Assembly: GCA_964413155.1 (NCBI GenBank)
Contig: CAYPRT010000008.1
Location: forward strand, 53-64,052
Origin: an uncultured Hyphomicrobiales bacterium
GTDB taxonomy: Bacteria; Bacteroidota; Ignavibacteria; Kapaibacteriales; UBA2268
Direction: 5' to 3'
DNA: 64,000 nt
Shown: piece by piece, positions 1 to 9,607 of the stretch
Layout: each line of letters opens with the position of its first letter
Numbering within the stretch: position 1 is the stretch's first letter
Notes under the pieces: generated by a model
Told to the model about the DNA's origin: nothing
The model's input: the letters and a program-made list of their open reading frames with translations, nothing else
Database searches by the model: none
Program-made: the position numbers and the translations under genes

Positions 1-60
1 GTATTATTGAAAAGAAAAAGAGTAGAATGAGTTAATTTTGAAATTTTGAATTGATATGGT

Positions 61-462
61 ATGAAATTATTGTTTCTTGTAAATGGGAATGCTAAAAAGA
101 TTTTGGATGCACATTCATTTTTAACAGACGATCTCGAAGTTGTCAAAATCGACGAAAAGTCACTTGCAAAACCAAAGAAAATTTTGAAAAAGATTAAAGG
201 AAAATATTCGGAAGTATATTTTGGATGTATTTCATTAGAATTCCAGAGGTTTGTTCCTTTTATGTTGATTTATATTTTACTTAGTAAGGCAAAAAAAGGA
301 GGAGTAATTGACGAAGAAGGAAGAAAAATTAAATTTAACATCTTTCGAACAATATTTATTACTATTCCTTTATTGATTTTGGAAGCAATTGGAAGCTTTT
401 TCATTGTTATTTATTCATACATTTATTATTTTTTATGGAGAAAAATGAAACTGAAAACTTAA
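61..462 (+). CDS. hypothetical membrane protein (one hydrophobic segment, Lys-rich); overlaps the start of the next gene by 28 nt
   Basis: ORF in track; hydrophobic stretch FVPFMLIYILL and IFITIPLLILEAIGSFFIVIY; no recognisable catalytic motif. Confidence 0.3.
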   Translation: MKLLFLVNGNAKKILDAHSFLTDDLEVVKIDEKSLAKPKKILKKIKGKYSEVYFGCISLEFQRFVPFMLIYILLSKAKKGGVIDEEGRKIKFNIFRTIFITIPLLILEAIGSFFIVIYSYIYYFLWRKMKLKT

Positions 463-1640
463 GGGCATTGTTTTGGCGAATAGACTATATTGGGGCGCTG
501 GTAGATGGAGGTTATTCATCTACTGAAAGAAGTTTGATAAGTGAATTATTAAAACAGGAATTGGAAATTTTCTATTTTTCAGGAGGTAAAGCTAAACTTC
601 CAAGCAGAGTAAAAGTTTTCAATCTGCCATATAGCGGTTTTTATAAAAACTATCCAGAAATTCCTTCTATAGTTTATAATTTTCGTTCATTCCGGCTTGC
701 GAAAAAGATACTTTTGGAAATTCAACCAATTAATTTTATTTATCACTTGTTGCACGATTTTAACTTTTCTGCGGCATTAATTAGGAGGGAATTTAAAATA
801 CCCCTTTTTGTTCATGCCGATGGTGTTCAATACTGGATCAAAAAGCATTGGGGGAGCCTTTATTTTGAAAATTTGATTAAGTGGGCTGAAGAAATTTTGT
901 GGATTAGTTCCGATAGGATTTTCACTATATCATCAAATTTGAAAGATCTCCTTATAGATTTTGGTGCACCAGAGAATAAAATCATTATTAATCCAAATGG
1001 TTTCGATCCTTCTATTTTTCATCCTAATATTGACTCAAGAGAAGTAATGGAGAAACTTGGGCTGGATCGTAAGTTTGTTGTTGGATTTTCCGGCACTTTT
1101 GAATTCTATCATGGTATAACCTATCTTGCCAAGGCAATCAAAATAGTTGCTGAAAGAATTCCAGAAGTTGTTTTTTTGTTCGTTGGTGATGGTTCATATC
1201 GTGCCTATCTTGATGAAATTGTGAAGCAGGATAATGTAGAAAAAAATACTATCATTACCGGGTTCCTTCCTTTCGAGGAAGTCCCGAAATATCTTTCAAT
1301 TTGTAATGTTCTGGTGTCTCCTGGAATTAATAATCCTGATGGAACAGAATTTTTCAATAGTCCTATTAAAAATTTTGAATATATGGGATTGAGGAAACCA
1401 ATTGTAGCGACTGCAGTGGGTCAACAAAAAGAAATATTTGTTGACAAATGGAACGCGTTGCTTGTCGAGGAAAAAAAACCAGAAGCGATTGCCGAAGCAA
1501 TCTGGACATTATATAAAAATCCAGATCTTGCAGAAAAAATAGCAATTAATGCATACAATGATGGCATTTCTAAACATACTTGGAAGCATCGTGCTCAAAA
1601 TTTATTAAAAGTGTATTTTGAATTTATTAGTTCAAAATAA
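435..1640 (+). CDS. glycosyltransferase, GT-B fold family 4 (group 1)
   Basis: C-terminal half has a typical GT4 architecture (FVVGFSGTFEFYHGITYLAKAI...VFLFVGDGSY...LVSPG...EYMGLRKPIVATAVG); length about 400 aa. Confidence 0.75.
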   Translation: MEKNETENLRALFWRIDYIGALVDGGYSSTERSLISELLKQELEIFYFSGGKAKLPSRVKVFNLPYSGFYKNYPEIPSIVYNFRSFRLAKKILLEIQPINFIYHLLHDFNFSAALIRREFKIPLFVHADGVQYWIKKHWGSLYFENLIKWAEEILWISSDRIFTISSNLKDLLIDFGAPENKIIINPNGFDPSIFHPNIDSREVMEKLGLDRKFVVGFSGTFEFYHGITYLAKAIKIVAERIPEVVFLFVGDGSYRAYLDEIVKQDNVEKNTIITGFLPFEEVPKYLSICNVLVSPGINNPDGTEFFNSPIKNFEYMGLRKPIVATAVGQQKEIFVDKWNALLVEEKKPEAIAEAIWTLYKNPDLAEKIAINAYNDGISKHTWKHRAQNLLKVYFEFISSK

Positions 1641-1685
1641 CTATTAAATATTAACGTTTCTCAAAATTATTACATTGGAGGGCTT

Positions 1686-2960
1686 ATGAAATTGGATTTT
1701 TCCCCACAGACACTTTATCGCCTTCCTTGGAATCTTGCCGATAACGCAATTTCGTGGTTAGAACCCACCTATGCTTGCAATCTTTACTGCGATGGTTGTT
1801 ATCGTGAAAATCGAAAATCGAGCCATAAGTCTCTTTCGGAAATTGAGCGTGAATTAGACCTTTTTGCAAGACTAAGAAAAACAGATAGCATTTCGATTGC
1901 TGGTGGCGACCCATTAGTGCATCCTCAAATTGTTGAAATTGTAAAGATGATTAAAAATCGCGGTTGGAAGCCTATTATTAATACAAATGGCCAAGCCTTA
2001 GCAAAGGAATTGTTGGTGAAATTGAAGGAAGCTGGAGTATGGGGATTTACTTTTCATATTGATAGTTACCAGAATAGGCCACATTGGAAAGGTAAAAACG
2101 AAATCGAATTGAACGAACTTCGCCTTCATTATGCTAAAATGCTTGCTGAGGTCGGTGGTTTGACTTGTTCTTTTAATGCTACAATTTATCCCGAAACAAT
2201 GAAATACGTTCCCGAACTTGTCAAATGGGCACAAGAACACATTGATATCGTTCATATTATGGTTTTTATTATTTACAGAATTGCAACGCTTGAAGGAATG
2301 TATGACTATTACATAGGTGACAAAAAAGTCTACTTTGGAAATATTACTTATGTAAGAGAATACGAGACCAGACGAACCGATGTAAAATCACAAGAACTGG
2401 TTGAAGAAATTCGGAAGGCTTATCCCGATTTTACACCTTGTGCATTTTTAAACGGAACACATTTGCCAGATTCTTTTAAGTGGCTTTTAACTGGAAGGTT
2501 GGGTAATAAACATCAAATTTTTGGATATGTTGGTCCGAAGTTTATGGAATTGGTTCAAACTATGAAACACATTTTTACTGGTAAATATCTTGCTTATTCC
2601 AAACCTTTTGCCCAAAAACTTGGTAGATTGTATTTCCTTCTTTTTTCTCCTTTCGATTCTGAAGTTCGAAAAGCTGCGAAAAATTACCTCCGCTCTTTCT
2701 TTGCTGATCCCAAGGCATTTTTCACCCGTGTTTATTATCAATCAATTATGATTATTCAACCTATTGATATTCTTCCAGATGGAGAAACAAATATGTGCGA
2801 TGGTTGCCCCGATATTACAGTTTGGAAGGATAGACTTGTTTGGTCTTGCCGTATGGAAGAACAGCTTAAGTGGGGGCAACAAGCTCGGGTTGTACCCAAG
2901 AAAAATTCTTTTGAAATTAGTGAGCCAGAAGTTATTCAAAATAATTACAAGGAATTATAA
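1686..2960 (+). CDS. radical SAM protein with an extra Cys-rich C-terminal region (possibly HpnH/DUF3463-like)
   Basis: CX3CX2C motif (ACNLYCDGC) near the N-terminus; SIAGGDPLVH motif; C-terminal CDGCPDITVW...WSCR cysteines. Confidence 0.75.
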   Translation: MKLDFSPQTLYRLPWNLADNAISWLEPTYACNLYCDGCYRENRKSSHKSLSEIERELDLFARLRKTDSISIAGGDPLVHPQIVEIVKMIKNRGWKPIINTNGQALAKELLVKLKEAGVWGFTFHIDSYQNRPHWKGKNEIELNELRLHYAKMLAEVGGLTCSFNATIYPETMKYVPELVKWAQEHIDIVHIMVFIIYRIATLEGMYDYYIGDKKVYFGNITYVREYETRRTDVKSQELVEEIRKAYPDFTPCAFLNGTHLPDSFKWLLTGRLGNKHQIFGYVGPKFMELVQTMKHIFTGKYLAYSKPFAQKLGRLYFLLFSPFDSEVRKAAKNYLRSFFADPKAFFTRVYYQSIMIIQPIDILPDGETNMCDGCPDITVWKDRLVWSCRMEEQLKWGQQARVVPKKNSFEISEPEVIQNNYKEL

Positions 2961-3143
2961 CTTTCAATTTTTTAAAAGGGAAATTGTTCTCTATTTAAAA
3001 ATTGTTCACATCGTTGGGCTTCTTTCAAATAATAATTCTTTAAGTTTGTTTTTTAAGAACATTATTATTACAAAAAATTAATTTTCTATTTTTTATGAAA
3101 TTTGTTTTAATAATTTTAAGTTCTTTAATTTAGGAAAATAAGA

Positions 3144-4976
3144 ATGGAACGAGAAGTAATTTATCTCGATGATGTAACAATTCGATTTGCAGGAGATTCT
3201 GGCGACGGAATGCAATTAACTGGTTCAAGGTTTTCCGATACAACTGCATATATTGGGACCGATGTAAGTACTTTTCCTGATTATCCTTCGGAAATTCGAG
3301 CCCCTGAAGGTACTCTTTATGGTGTAAGTGCCTACCAAATTCATTTTGGCTCAAAAGGTGTTTATACTCCTGGAGACCAAATTGATGTTCTGGTTGCTAT
3401 GAACCCTGCTTCGCTGAAAGTAAACTTGCCTTTTCTCCGAAAACGCGGTATTTTGATTGTAAATACCGCCAATTTTACAGAAAAAAACCTTAAACTAGCA
3501 AAATACGAGACCAATCCTTTGGAAGACGGTTCGCTTAAGGACTACCAAGTTTTCAAAATTAACTTTAATGAAATAGTAAATGAATTATTAAAGGATTCTG
3601 GCCTAACACCAAAACAAATTGAAAGGACAAAGAACATTTTTGCTCTTGGTCTTGCATATTGGTTGTTCGATTTACCTTTGAAATCTACAGAAGAATGGAT
3701 TTATAAGAAATTTGGTAAACGTCCTCAAATTGCCGAGGCTAACTTAAAAGTTTTGCGTGCTGGTTATGAGTATGGCGAAACTAACGAACTTTTTGCTGTT
3801 CGATATAAAATTGTTCCAAAGAAGCTTGAACCCGGAGTCTATCGAAATATTACGGGAAATGAAGCAGTTGCGCTTGGTCTTGTAGTAGCTGCCGCCAAAG
3901 CCAAATTGCCATTGTTTCTTGGTTCCTATCCAATTACTCCAGCAAGCGAGATTTTGCATTTTATTTCTGGATACAAACCCTACGGTGTTTTGCATTTGCA
4001 AGCAGAAGACGAAATTGGCGGAATTACAAGTGCTATTGGTGCTGCATATGGTGGTGCATTGGCTGCTACGTCTACTTCTGGTCCCGGACTTTCTTTGAAA
4101 GTAGAAGCATTAGGCCTTGCAGTAATTCTTGAACTTCCTTTGGTTGTTGTTGATGTTCAACGGGCTGGACCTAGCACTGGAATGCCCACAAAAATGGAGC
4201 AAGCCGATTTGTTTATTTCAATGTTCGGTCGTCACGGTGAAGCACCTTTGCCGATTTTAGCAGCCTCGACACCAACAGATTGTTTCGATATGACAATTGA
4301 AGCTGCGAGAATAGCTATTAAATATATGACTCCCGTGATTTTGTTGACTGATGGATACCTTGGGCAAAGCTCGGAAGAATGGAAAATTCCAGATTTGAAT
4401 TCCATTCCAGAAATACCTGTTAAAATTTACACGGAGCCTGATTATTTACCATATAAGCGTGACCCTGTTACACTTGCTCGCCTTTGGGCATTGCCTGGTA
4501 CCCCAGGTTTAGAGCACCGAATTGGTGGTCTGGAAAAAGAAGCCATTACTGGAATTGTAAGCCAAGACCCTCTTAATCACCAAAGGATGGTTGAGTTGCG
4601 TGCTGAAAAAATCAAAAGAGTTCAACAGGATATTCCCGATGCTGAAGTCCTTGGCGATGAAGATGCAGATTTGTTAATAATTGGATGGGGAAGTACCTAT
4701 GGGGCTATCAAAGCTGCCTTCGATAGATTAACGGAAAAAGGTGTAAAATTAGCTTATGTCCATTTGAAATATTTAAATCCATTCCCAAAAAATCTTGGTT
4801 CAATAATTGAAAAATTTGATAAAATCCTTGTTCCCGAGAATAACCTTGGTCAATTGGCTTTCATTTTACAAGGCACTTTTTTAAAGCCTGTGATTCGCTT
4901 TCCCAAGATTCAGGGTAGAATTTTCCTTTCTTTAGAAATTGAAAATAAAATTTTGGAAATTTTGAAACAAAAGTGA
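3144..4976 (+). CDS. korA: 2-oxoglutarate:ferredoxin oxidoreductase alpha subunit
   Basis: 610 aa; KorA/OorA-type N-terminal gamma-like domain plus a pyruvate-flavodoxin/ferredoxin oxidoreductase core (ITPASEIL, GPSTGMPTK); followed by the beta subunit 8 nt downstream. Confidence 0.9.
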   Translation: MEREVIYLDDVTIRFAGDSGDGMQLTGSRFSDTTAYIGTDVSTFPDYPSEIRAPEGTLYGVSAYQIHFGSKGVYTPGDQIDVLVAMNPASLKVNLPFLRKRGILIVNTANFTEKNLKLAKYETNPLEDGSLKDYQVFKINFNEIVNELLKDSGLTPKQIERTKNIFALGLAYWLFDLPLKSTEEWIYKKFGKRPQIAEANLKVLRAGYEYGETNELFAVRYKIVPKKLEPGVYRNITGNEAVALGLVVAAAKAKLPLFLGSYPITPASEILHFISGYKPYGVLHLQAEDEIGGITSAIGAAYGGALAATSTSGPGLSLKVEALGLAVILELPLVVVDVQRAGPSTGMPTKMEQADLFISMFGRHGEAPLPILAASTPTDCFDMTIEAARIAIKYMTPVILLTDGYLGQSSEEWKIPDLNSIPEIPVKIYTEPDYLPYKRDPVTLARLWALPGTPGLEHRIGGLEKEAITGIVSQDPLNHQRMVELRAEKIKRVQQDIPDAEVLGDEDADLLIIGWGSTYGAIKAAFDRLTEKGVKLAYVHLKYLNPFPKNLGSIIEKFDKILVPENNLGQLAFILQGTFLKPVIRFPKIQGRIFLSLEIENKILEILKQK

Positions 4977-4983
4977 GGTTGAA

Positions 4984-6033
4984 ATGACAACACTAATTGA
5001 TGATTTGATAAAAAGTAAACCTATAACAACAGTTGAGTATACTCCGAAAGATTTCAAGTCGGCCCTTGAAGTTCGTTGGTGTGCTGGATGCGGTAGCTAT
5101 TCGATTTTAGCACAGATTCAAAAAATTCTGGCTGGGCTAAAAATTCCCAGAGAAAAATATGCTTTTGTTTCTGGAATAGGTTGTAGCAGTCGCTTTCCCT
5201 ATTATGTTCAAACATACGGAATTCACGGAATTCATGGTCGTGCGATTGCAATTGCTTCTGGGCTGAAAATAGCTCGACCAGACCTTTTCGTTTGGGTTGT
5301 CACAGGCGATGGTGATTGTATGAGTATTGGTGGAAACCATCTAATCCACGCAGCTCGAAGAAACATTGGGTTGAAGGTTCTGATGTTTAATAATGAAATT
5401 TATAGTCTAACAAAAGGTCAAGTTTCTCCTACAACCCAACATGGTCAACCTACAAAGTCTTCACCTTTTGGGAATATCGATTATCCTTTCAATCCAGCAT
5501 CACTTGCTCTTGGTTCTGGTTCCACTTTTGTTGCGCGAACTTTCGACCGCGACCCCAAACATATGCAAGCAATTTTAGAAAGAGCAGCAAAACACAATGG
5601 GTTTGCCTTTGTGGAAATTTATACCAATTGTGTTATTTATAACGATGGAGCTTTCGATTTATTCACAGTTGCTGAATCTCGTAAGGAACACTCTGTTATG
5701 CTTGAACACAATAAACCTTTAATTTTTGGTGCAAATAATGATAAGGGTATTCGTTTGGATGGTTTTACTCCCACAGTAGTTTCTTTAGCCGATGGAAAAT
5801 GGTCTGTCAATGACTTATTGGTTCACAACGAAACCGATACCACCCTTGCTTTTATTCTTGCTAATATGACATATAATCCCGAGTTGCCAAGACCCTTTGG
5901 CATCTTTCAAGCTATTCAAAAACCATCTTACGAGGAGCTTATATATAAACAAATCGAAGATGCAAAAGCAAAATATCCATCTGCCGACTTACAATCTTTA
6001 TTGAAAGGTGATGATTTTTGGGAAATTAAATAA
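4984..6033 (+). CDS. korB: 2-oxoglutarate:ferredoxin oxidoreductase beta subunit (TPP-binding)
   Basis: CAGCGSY cysteine motif and TPP-binding GDGD motif (VVTGDGDCMSIGGNH). Confidence 0.9.
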   Translation: MTTLIDDLIKSKPITTVEYTPKDFKSALEVRWCAGCGSYSILAQIQKILAGLKIPREKYAFVSGIGCSSRFPYYVQTYGIHGIHGRAIAIASGLKIARPDLFVWVVTGDGDCMSIGGNHLIHAARRNIGLKVLMFNNEIYSLTKGQVSPTTQHGQPTKSSPFGNIDYPFNPASLALGSGSTFVARTFDRDPKHMQAILERAAKHNGFAFVEIYTNCVIYNDGAFDLFTVAESRKEHSVMLEHNKPLIFGANNDKGIRLDGFTPTVVSLADGKWSVNDLLVHNETDTTLAFILANMTYNPELPRPFGIFQAIQKPSYEELIYKQIEDAKAKYPSADLQSLLKGDDFWEIK

Positions 6034-6060
6034 TTTGGGAAGATTTTGATAACTTTTTAA

Positions 6061-6086
6061 GCCAGCATTTTGCTGGCTTTTTTTAT
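6061..6086 (+). terminator. rho-independent terminator after korB (GCCAGCA-TTT-TGCTGGC followed by a T7 tract)
   Basis: Perfect 7-bp inverted repeat followed by TTTTTTTAT, seen directly. Confidence 0.6.
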
Positions 6087-6090
6087 AATT

Positions 6091-6117
6091 AAAAAAGCCC
6101 GGCTTTGAAAGCCGGAC
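6091..6117 (-). terminator. rho-independent terminator for rpmA on the minus strand (CCGGCTTT/AAAGCCGG hairpin, A6 on the plus strand = T6 on the minus strand)
   Basis: Inverted repeat preceded by AAAAAA on the plus strand; convergent arrangement with korB. Confidence 0.55.
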
Positions 6118-6146
6118 TGCAAGCGGTGATTTGTTGAATAAAAAAA

Positions 6147-6410
6147 TTAATTGTTTTGAATAGGATAGACTGATACTTTTAGATGTTCTTTATCTTTTCG
6201 TTCAAACTTGACAATACCGTCAATAAGTGCAAAAATTGTATAATCTTTGCCTAAACCAACATTTTTTCCTGGATGGAATTTTGTACCTAACTGACGCACA
6301 ATAATGTTCCCTGCTTTAACAAACTCGCCCCCAAACTTCTTTACTCCTCGCCGTTGGCCAATAGAATCTCGACCATTTTTCGATGAACCGCCACCTTTTT
6401 TGTGTGCCAT
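6147..6410 (-). CDS. rpmA: 50S ribosomal protein L27
   Basis: [16 protein letters not shown]... canonical L27 N-terminus. Confidence 0.95.
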   Translation of the reverse strand: MAHKKGGGSSKNGRDSIGQRRGVKKFGGEFVKAGNIIVRQLGTKFHPGKNVGLGKDYTIFALIDGIVKFERKDKEHLKVSVYPIQNN

Positions 6411-6425
6411 TTTAAAACCTCTATT

Positions 6426-6737
6426 TTATGACAAATTAATTTCTTCGATTTTCAAAAGTGTGTAATATTGACGGTGACCTTTCAACCTACGGTAATTTTT
6501 TCTCCTTTCCTTTTTAAATACAATAACCTTTGGGTCTTTGCCATGGTTTAGTACTTTTGCTTTGATTTTTGCATTTACAAATGGAGTGCCAACAATTGCT
6601 TCTCCATTGTTTTCTACGAAGAGAACCTTATCAAATTCAACTGTTTCTTCTGGCAATTTGTTAATAAACTGTGTTTTAACTATGGAATTTGGTTCAACTT
6701 CGTATTGAAACCCTTGAATTTCTACTATTGCAAACAT
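6426..6737 (-). CDS. rplU: 50S ribosomal protein L21
   Basis: MFAIVEIQGFQYEV... canonical L21; sits immediately upstream of rpmA. Confidence 0.95.
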   Translation of the reverse strand: MFAIVEIQGFQYEVEPNSIVKTQFINKLPEETVEFDKVLFVENNGEAIVGTPFVNAKIKAKVLNHGKDPKVIVFKKERRKNYRRLKGHRQYYTLLKIEEINLS

Positions 6738-6793
6738 AGTTTTAAAAAAAATTACTTTTACAAGATTTGCAATTTAAGAAAAAAATTTGAATT

Positions 6794-8308
6794 TTATATT
6801 TCGGTTGATAACTTACCTTGATTTTCATCAATAGGTATTGGATAATCTCCAGAAAAACAAGCGGTGCAATAATCAATATTTTCATCTTTTGGAACGGATT
6901 CGAGCAACTTTTCTAACGAAAGGTAATGTAATGAATCGGCGCCAATGGCTTGGCCTATTTCTTGTTCTGTCGGATAATGGTTTGCAATCAATTCTTCTTT
7001 ACTTGGAAAATCCATTCCATAATGGCAAGGAAATCGAATTGGCGGGGAAGTAATTCGCATATGCACCTCTTTTGGATTAGCTTTGCGAATTAGCTTGATT
7101 AGTGCTTGTGAAGTTGTTCCTCGCACAATTGAATCGTCAACAACGACCACAACACGATTTTGTAATACCCCTTTAACTGTGTTGAACTTAACTTTTACAC
7201 GAAATTCTCTTTTGTCTTGGCTTGGTGCGATAAATGTTCTACCAACATAATGGCTTCGTATTAAACCTATTTCAAATGCTGTTGGTTGACCAAATTCAGC
7301 GTTAATCCGCGAGTAGCCTAATGCAGCGGTATTACCACTATCAGGGACAGAAATTACAATGACCTTATCTTCATCTTTTTTTATTATGGGCGACTCTAAT
7401 GCTAAATTTTTACCTAACTTCCGACGGACTTTATCTACATTGTGGTTAAAAATTTTGCTATCAGGTCTTGAAAAATAAATGTATTCAAAGATACAATGTC
7501 GAGCTACTGGGGTTACATCTTGTATCTTATATGATTTAATTAATCCAGTTTTGATTGTTTCTTCATCGATAATAATTAGTTCGTTGTGGTTGATAGAACG
7601 TATGTATTCGGCATTTACAATATCGAAAGCACAAGTTTCGGAAGCAACAATGTAAGAATCGCCATTGGATGTTTTGATTTTACCTATATTTAACGGCCGG
7701 AAGCCATAAGGGTCGCGAGCGGCGATTAGAGCATTTTCTGTTAATATAACAAGAGAGTATGCTCCACGGACAATTTTTAATGCTTCAAGTATTTGGTCGA
7801 TAATATTTTTCTTTCTACTATGGGCAATCAAATGGAGAAAGATTTCAGTGTCTGTCGTTGTTTGAAAGATTGCCCCGCTTTCACCCAGTTTCTTTCGAAG
7901 CTCCAAAGTATTCGTAAGATTACCATTATGGGAAATAGCTAAAATTCCGCTGTGGTAACTCATTACAAATGGCTGGATATTGACTTTGCGAGCACTTCCA
8001 GTTGTCGAGTATCGATTGTGTCCAATAGCTGAATCGCCTTTTAAAAGTTCGGTTAGGATTTTCGGGTCGGAAAAAACGTCTAGGACTAATCCTTCGCCTT
8101 TATGGATTGCATACTTTTTCTTTTGCTTTTGTTCATCGTAATAAAAACTAACAATTCCCGCTGCTTCCTGACCACGATGTTGCAAAGAATGAAGGGCGTA
8201 GTAAGTTATTATCGAGGCTTCTGGATGGTTGAAAACGCCAACAACTCCACAATTGCTTTTAGGTTTATCTAATTCTTTCTCTTGCATAAGAAACTTTCCA
8301 AAAAACAA
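6794..8308 (-). CDS. purF: amidophosphoribosyltransferase (class II glutamine amidotransferase)
   Basis: N-terminal CGVVGV nucleophile motif; PRTase motif VVVVDDSIVRGTT; C-terminal Fe-S cysteines. Confidence 0.92.
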   Translation of the reverse strand: MFFGKFLMQEKELDKPKSNCGVVGVFNHPEASIITYYALHSLQHRGQEAAGIVSFYYDEQKQKKKYAIHKGEGLVLDVFSDPKILTELLKGDSAIGHNRYSTTGSARKVNIQPFVMSYHSGILAISHNGNLTNTLELRKKLGESGAIFQTTTDTEIFLHLIAHSRKKNIIDQILEALKIVRGAYSLVILTENALIAARDPYGFRPLNIGKIKTSNGDSYIVASETCAFDIVNAEYIRSINHNELIIIDEETIKTGLIKSYKIQDVTPVARHCIFEYIYFSRPDSKIFNHNVDKVRRKLGKNLALESPIIKKDEDKVIVISVPDSGNTAALGYSRINAEFGQPTAFEIGLIRSHYVGRTFIAPSQDKREFRVKVKFNTVKGVLQNRVVVVVDDSIVRGTTSQALIKLIRKANPKEVHMRITSPPIRFPCHYGMDFPSKEELIANHYPTEQEIGQAIGADSLHYLSLEKLLESVPKDENIDYCTACFSGDYPIPIDENQGKLSTEI

Positions 8309-8343
8309 AATTAATCAATGTAATTTTCTTGAAGAAAGGATAA

Positions 8344-8970
8344 TTAATTGTTTGCGAGTTCTTTAAGAATTTCAACAATAATTGAAACGTTTCTTTCCAA
8401 ATCATCTAATGTTCCATTATTTTGAATAACAAAATCCACCAAATTGGTTTTTTCTTTTGCTGGAATCTGGTTTTTCAGCCGGCGTTCAATTTCTTCTTGG
8501 GTAAGTTTTTGGTGGTTTCCCAATCGTTCGAGTATTTTTTCTTTCTTGGAGTCCACAAGAATGATGTAATCGAAAAGTTTTTGTATTCCTGCTTCGAAAA
8601 TCAAAGCACTTTCGAAAAAAATTATTAAATTACCTTCGGAAATTAATTTGTTAATTATCTTCTCTGTTTCATCGAGGACAAAAGGATGGACAATTGAGTT
8701 CAGCTTTGCGAGTAATGTTTCGGATTCTGGTGAATTTGCAAAGACTAAATCTGCTAGCCATTTCCGATTTAAATGGCCATCTTTTAAAAAAGCGTTTTCT
8801 CCGAATGTTTCTATAATTTTATTTTTAAGCTCCTGATTGTTTTCCATTAATTGGCGTGCAAGAAGGTCGGAATAGATAACAGGATATCCAAATCGCTCGA
8901 TAATTTTGCAAACAGTGGTTTTCCCTGTCCCAAAATTTCCAGTAATTCCAATGAATAAAACTTTTTCCAT
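8344..8970 (-). CDS. coaE: dephospho-CoA kinase
   Basis: P-loop GITGNFGTGKTT; about 200 aa; typical CoaE layout. Confidence 0.88.
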   Translation of the reverse strand: MEKVLFIGITGNFGTGKTTVCKIIERFGYPVIYSDLLARQLMENNQELKNKIIETFGENAFLKDGHLNRKWLADLVFANSPESETLLAKLNSIVHPFVLDETEKIINKLISEGNLIIFFESALIFEAGIQKLFDYIILVDSKKEKILERLGNHQKLTQEEIERRLKNQIPAKEKTNLVDFVIQNNGTLDDLERNVSIIVEILKELANN

Positions 8971-9087
8971 TAAAATTTTGTATGGTTAAAAAATTAATTA
9001 ACTAAATTACTGCTATTATTTTATATTCTAATGCAATTTTGATTTTTCATTAAGTTTTTTTAATTTTATTTTTTTGTTTTTTGGGAA

Positions 9088-9594
9088 TTGAATTTGAAAA
9101 AGTATCTTCTTTCATTAGTCTTGTTGGTTGCTATTTTATTGGTATCGTGTAAACAAGAATCAGTAATTACCCCTATTTCTTTTTCGAACATTATTGCAGA
9201 AGTTACTGGAGCAGTAACTCTGAAATATACTGGTGCTGGTGTTGTTACAAATTCGACATTGGGAAATTCTCTTGTGTTGAACCTTGCTACTTCATCGAAA
9301 GTAGGAGACAAAAGGTATTTGCTTGGGGTTTTCCTTTTTTTTAAAGATTTCCAGGAGAAGACAGGAGTTTTTCAATTTGCCGATAAAGAAGGAGTTGTTC
9401 CTGGGGATTTTGCTGTTGGAACTTTTGATGTCATTGTGGGGAACGATAAAAAATCTTTTGTTTCCGATTCTGGACAAGTCGAGATTACAGAAATCAAAGG
9501 AACGACTGTTCGGGGAACTTTCTACTTTCGTGCAAAGGACGAAAATACTGGAGAAGTTATTGAAGTAAAGAATGGTTTAATTTCATTTCAATAA
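9088..9594 (+). CDS. hypothetical lipoprotein
   Basis: Signal peptide with lipobox LLVSC; beta-rich Gly/Thr/Val composition; no recognised domain. Confidence 0.5.
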   Translation: MNLKKYLLSLVLLVAILLVSCKQESVITPISFSNIIAEVTGAVTLKYTGAGVVTNSTLGNSLVLNLATSSKVGDKRYLLGVFLFFKDFQEKTGVFQFADKEGVVPGDFAVGTFDVIVGNDKKSFVSDSGQVEITEIKGTTVRGTFYFRAKDENTGEVIEVKNGLISFQ

Positions 9595-9607
9595 TCTTGG
9601 GGAACAT

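Noticed and set aside
1684-2939. Several minus-strand ORFs (1684-1914, 1998-2255, 2487-2741, 2742-2939) antisense to the radical SAM gene
   Set aside because: Each lies wholly inside a well-supported coding region on the opposite strand, is lysine/phenylalanine-rich as expected from AT-rich antisense frames, and has no motifs.
1686-2960. Assigning the radical SAM ORF as hpnH (adenosylhopane synthase)
   Set aside because: Motif similarity is suggestive but short. No other hopanoid genes are in the window, and the C-terminal domain could not be matched by eye to DUF3463, so it is left as a hypothesis.
2764-3081. 105-aa plus-strand ORF overlapping the 3' end of the radical SAM gene and the korA upstream region
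   Set aside because: Alternative frame of a real gene running into AT-rich intergenic DNA; low-complexity composition; it would sit over the korA promoter.
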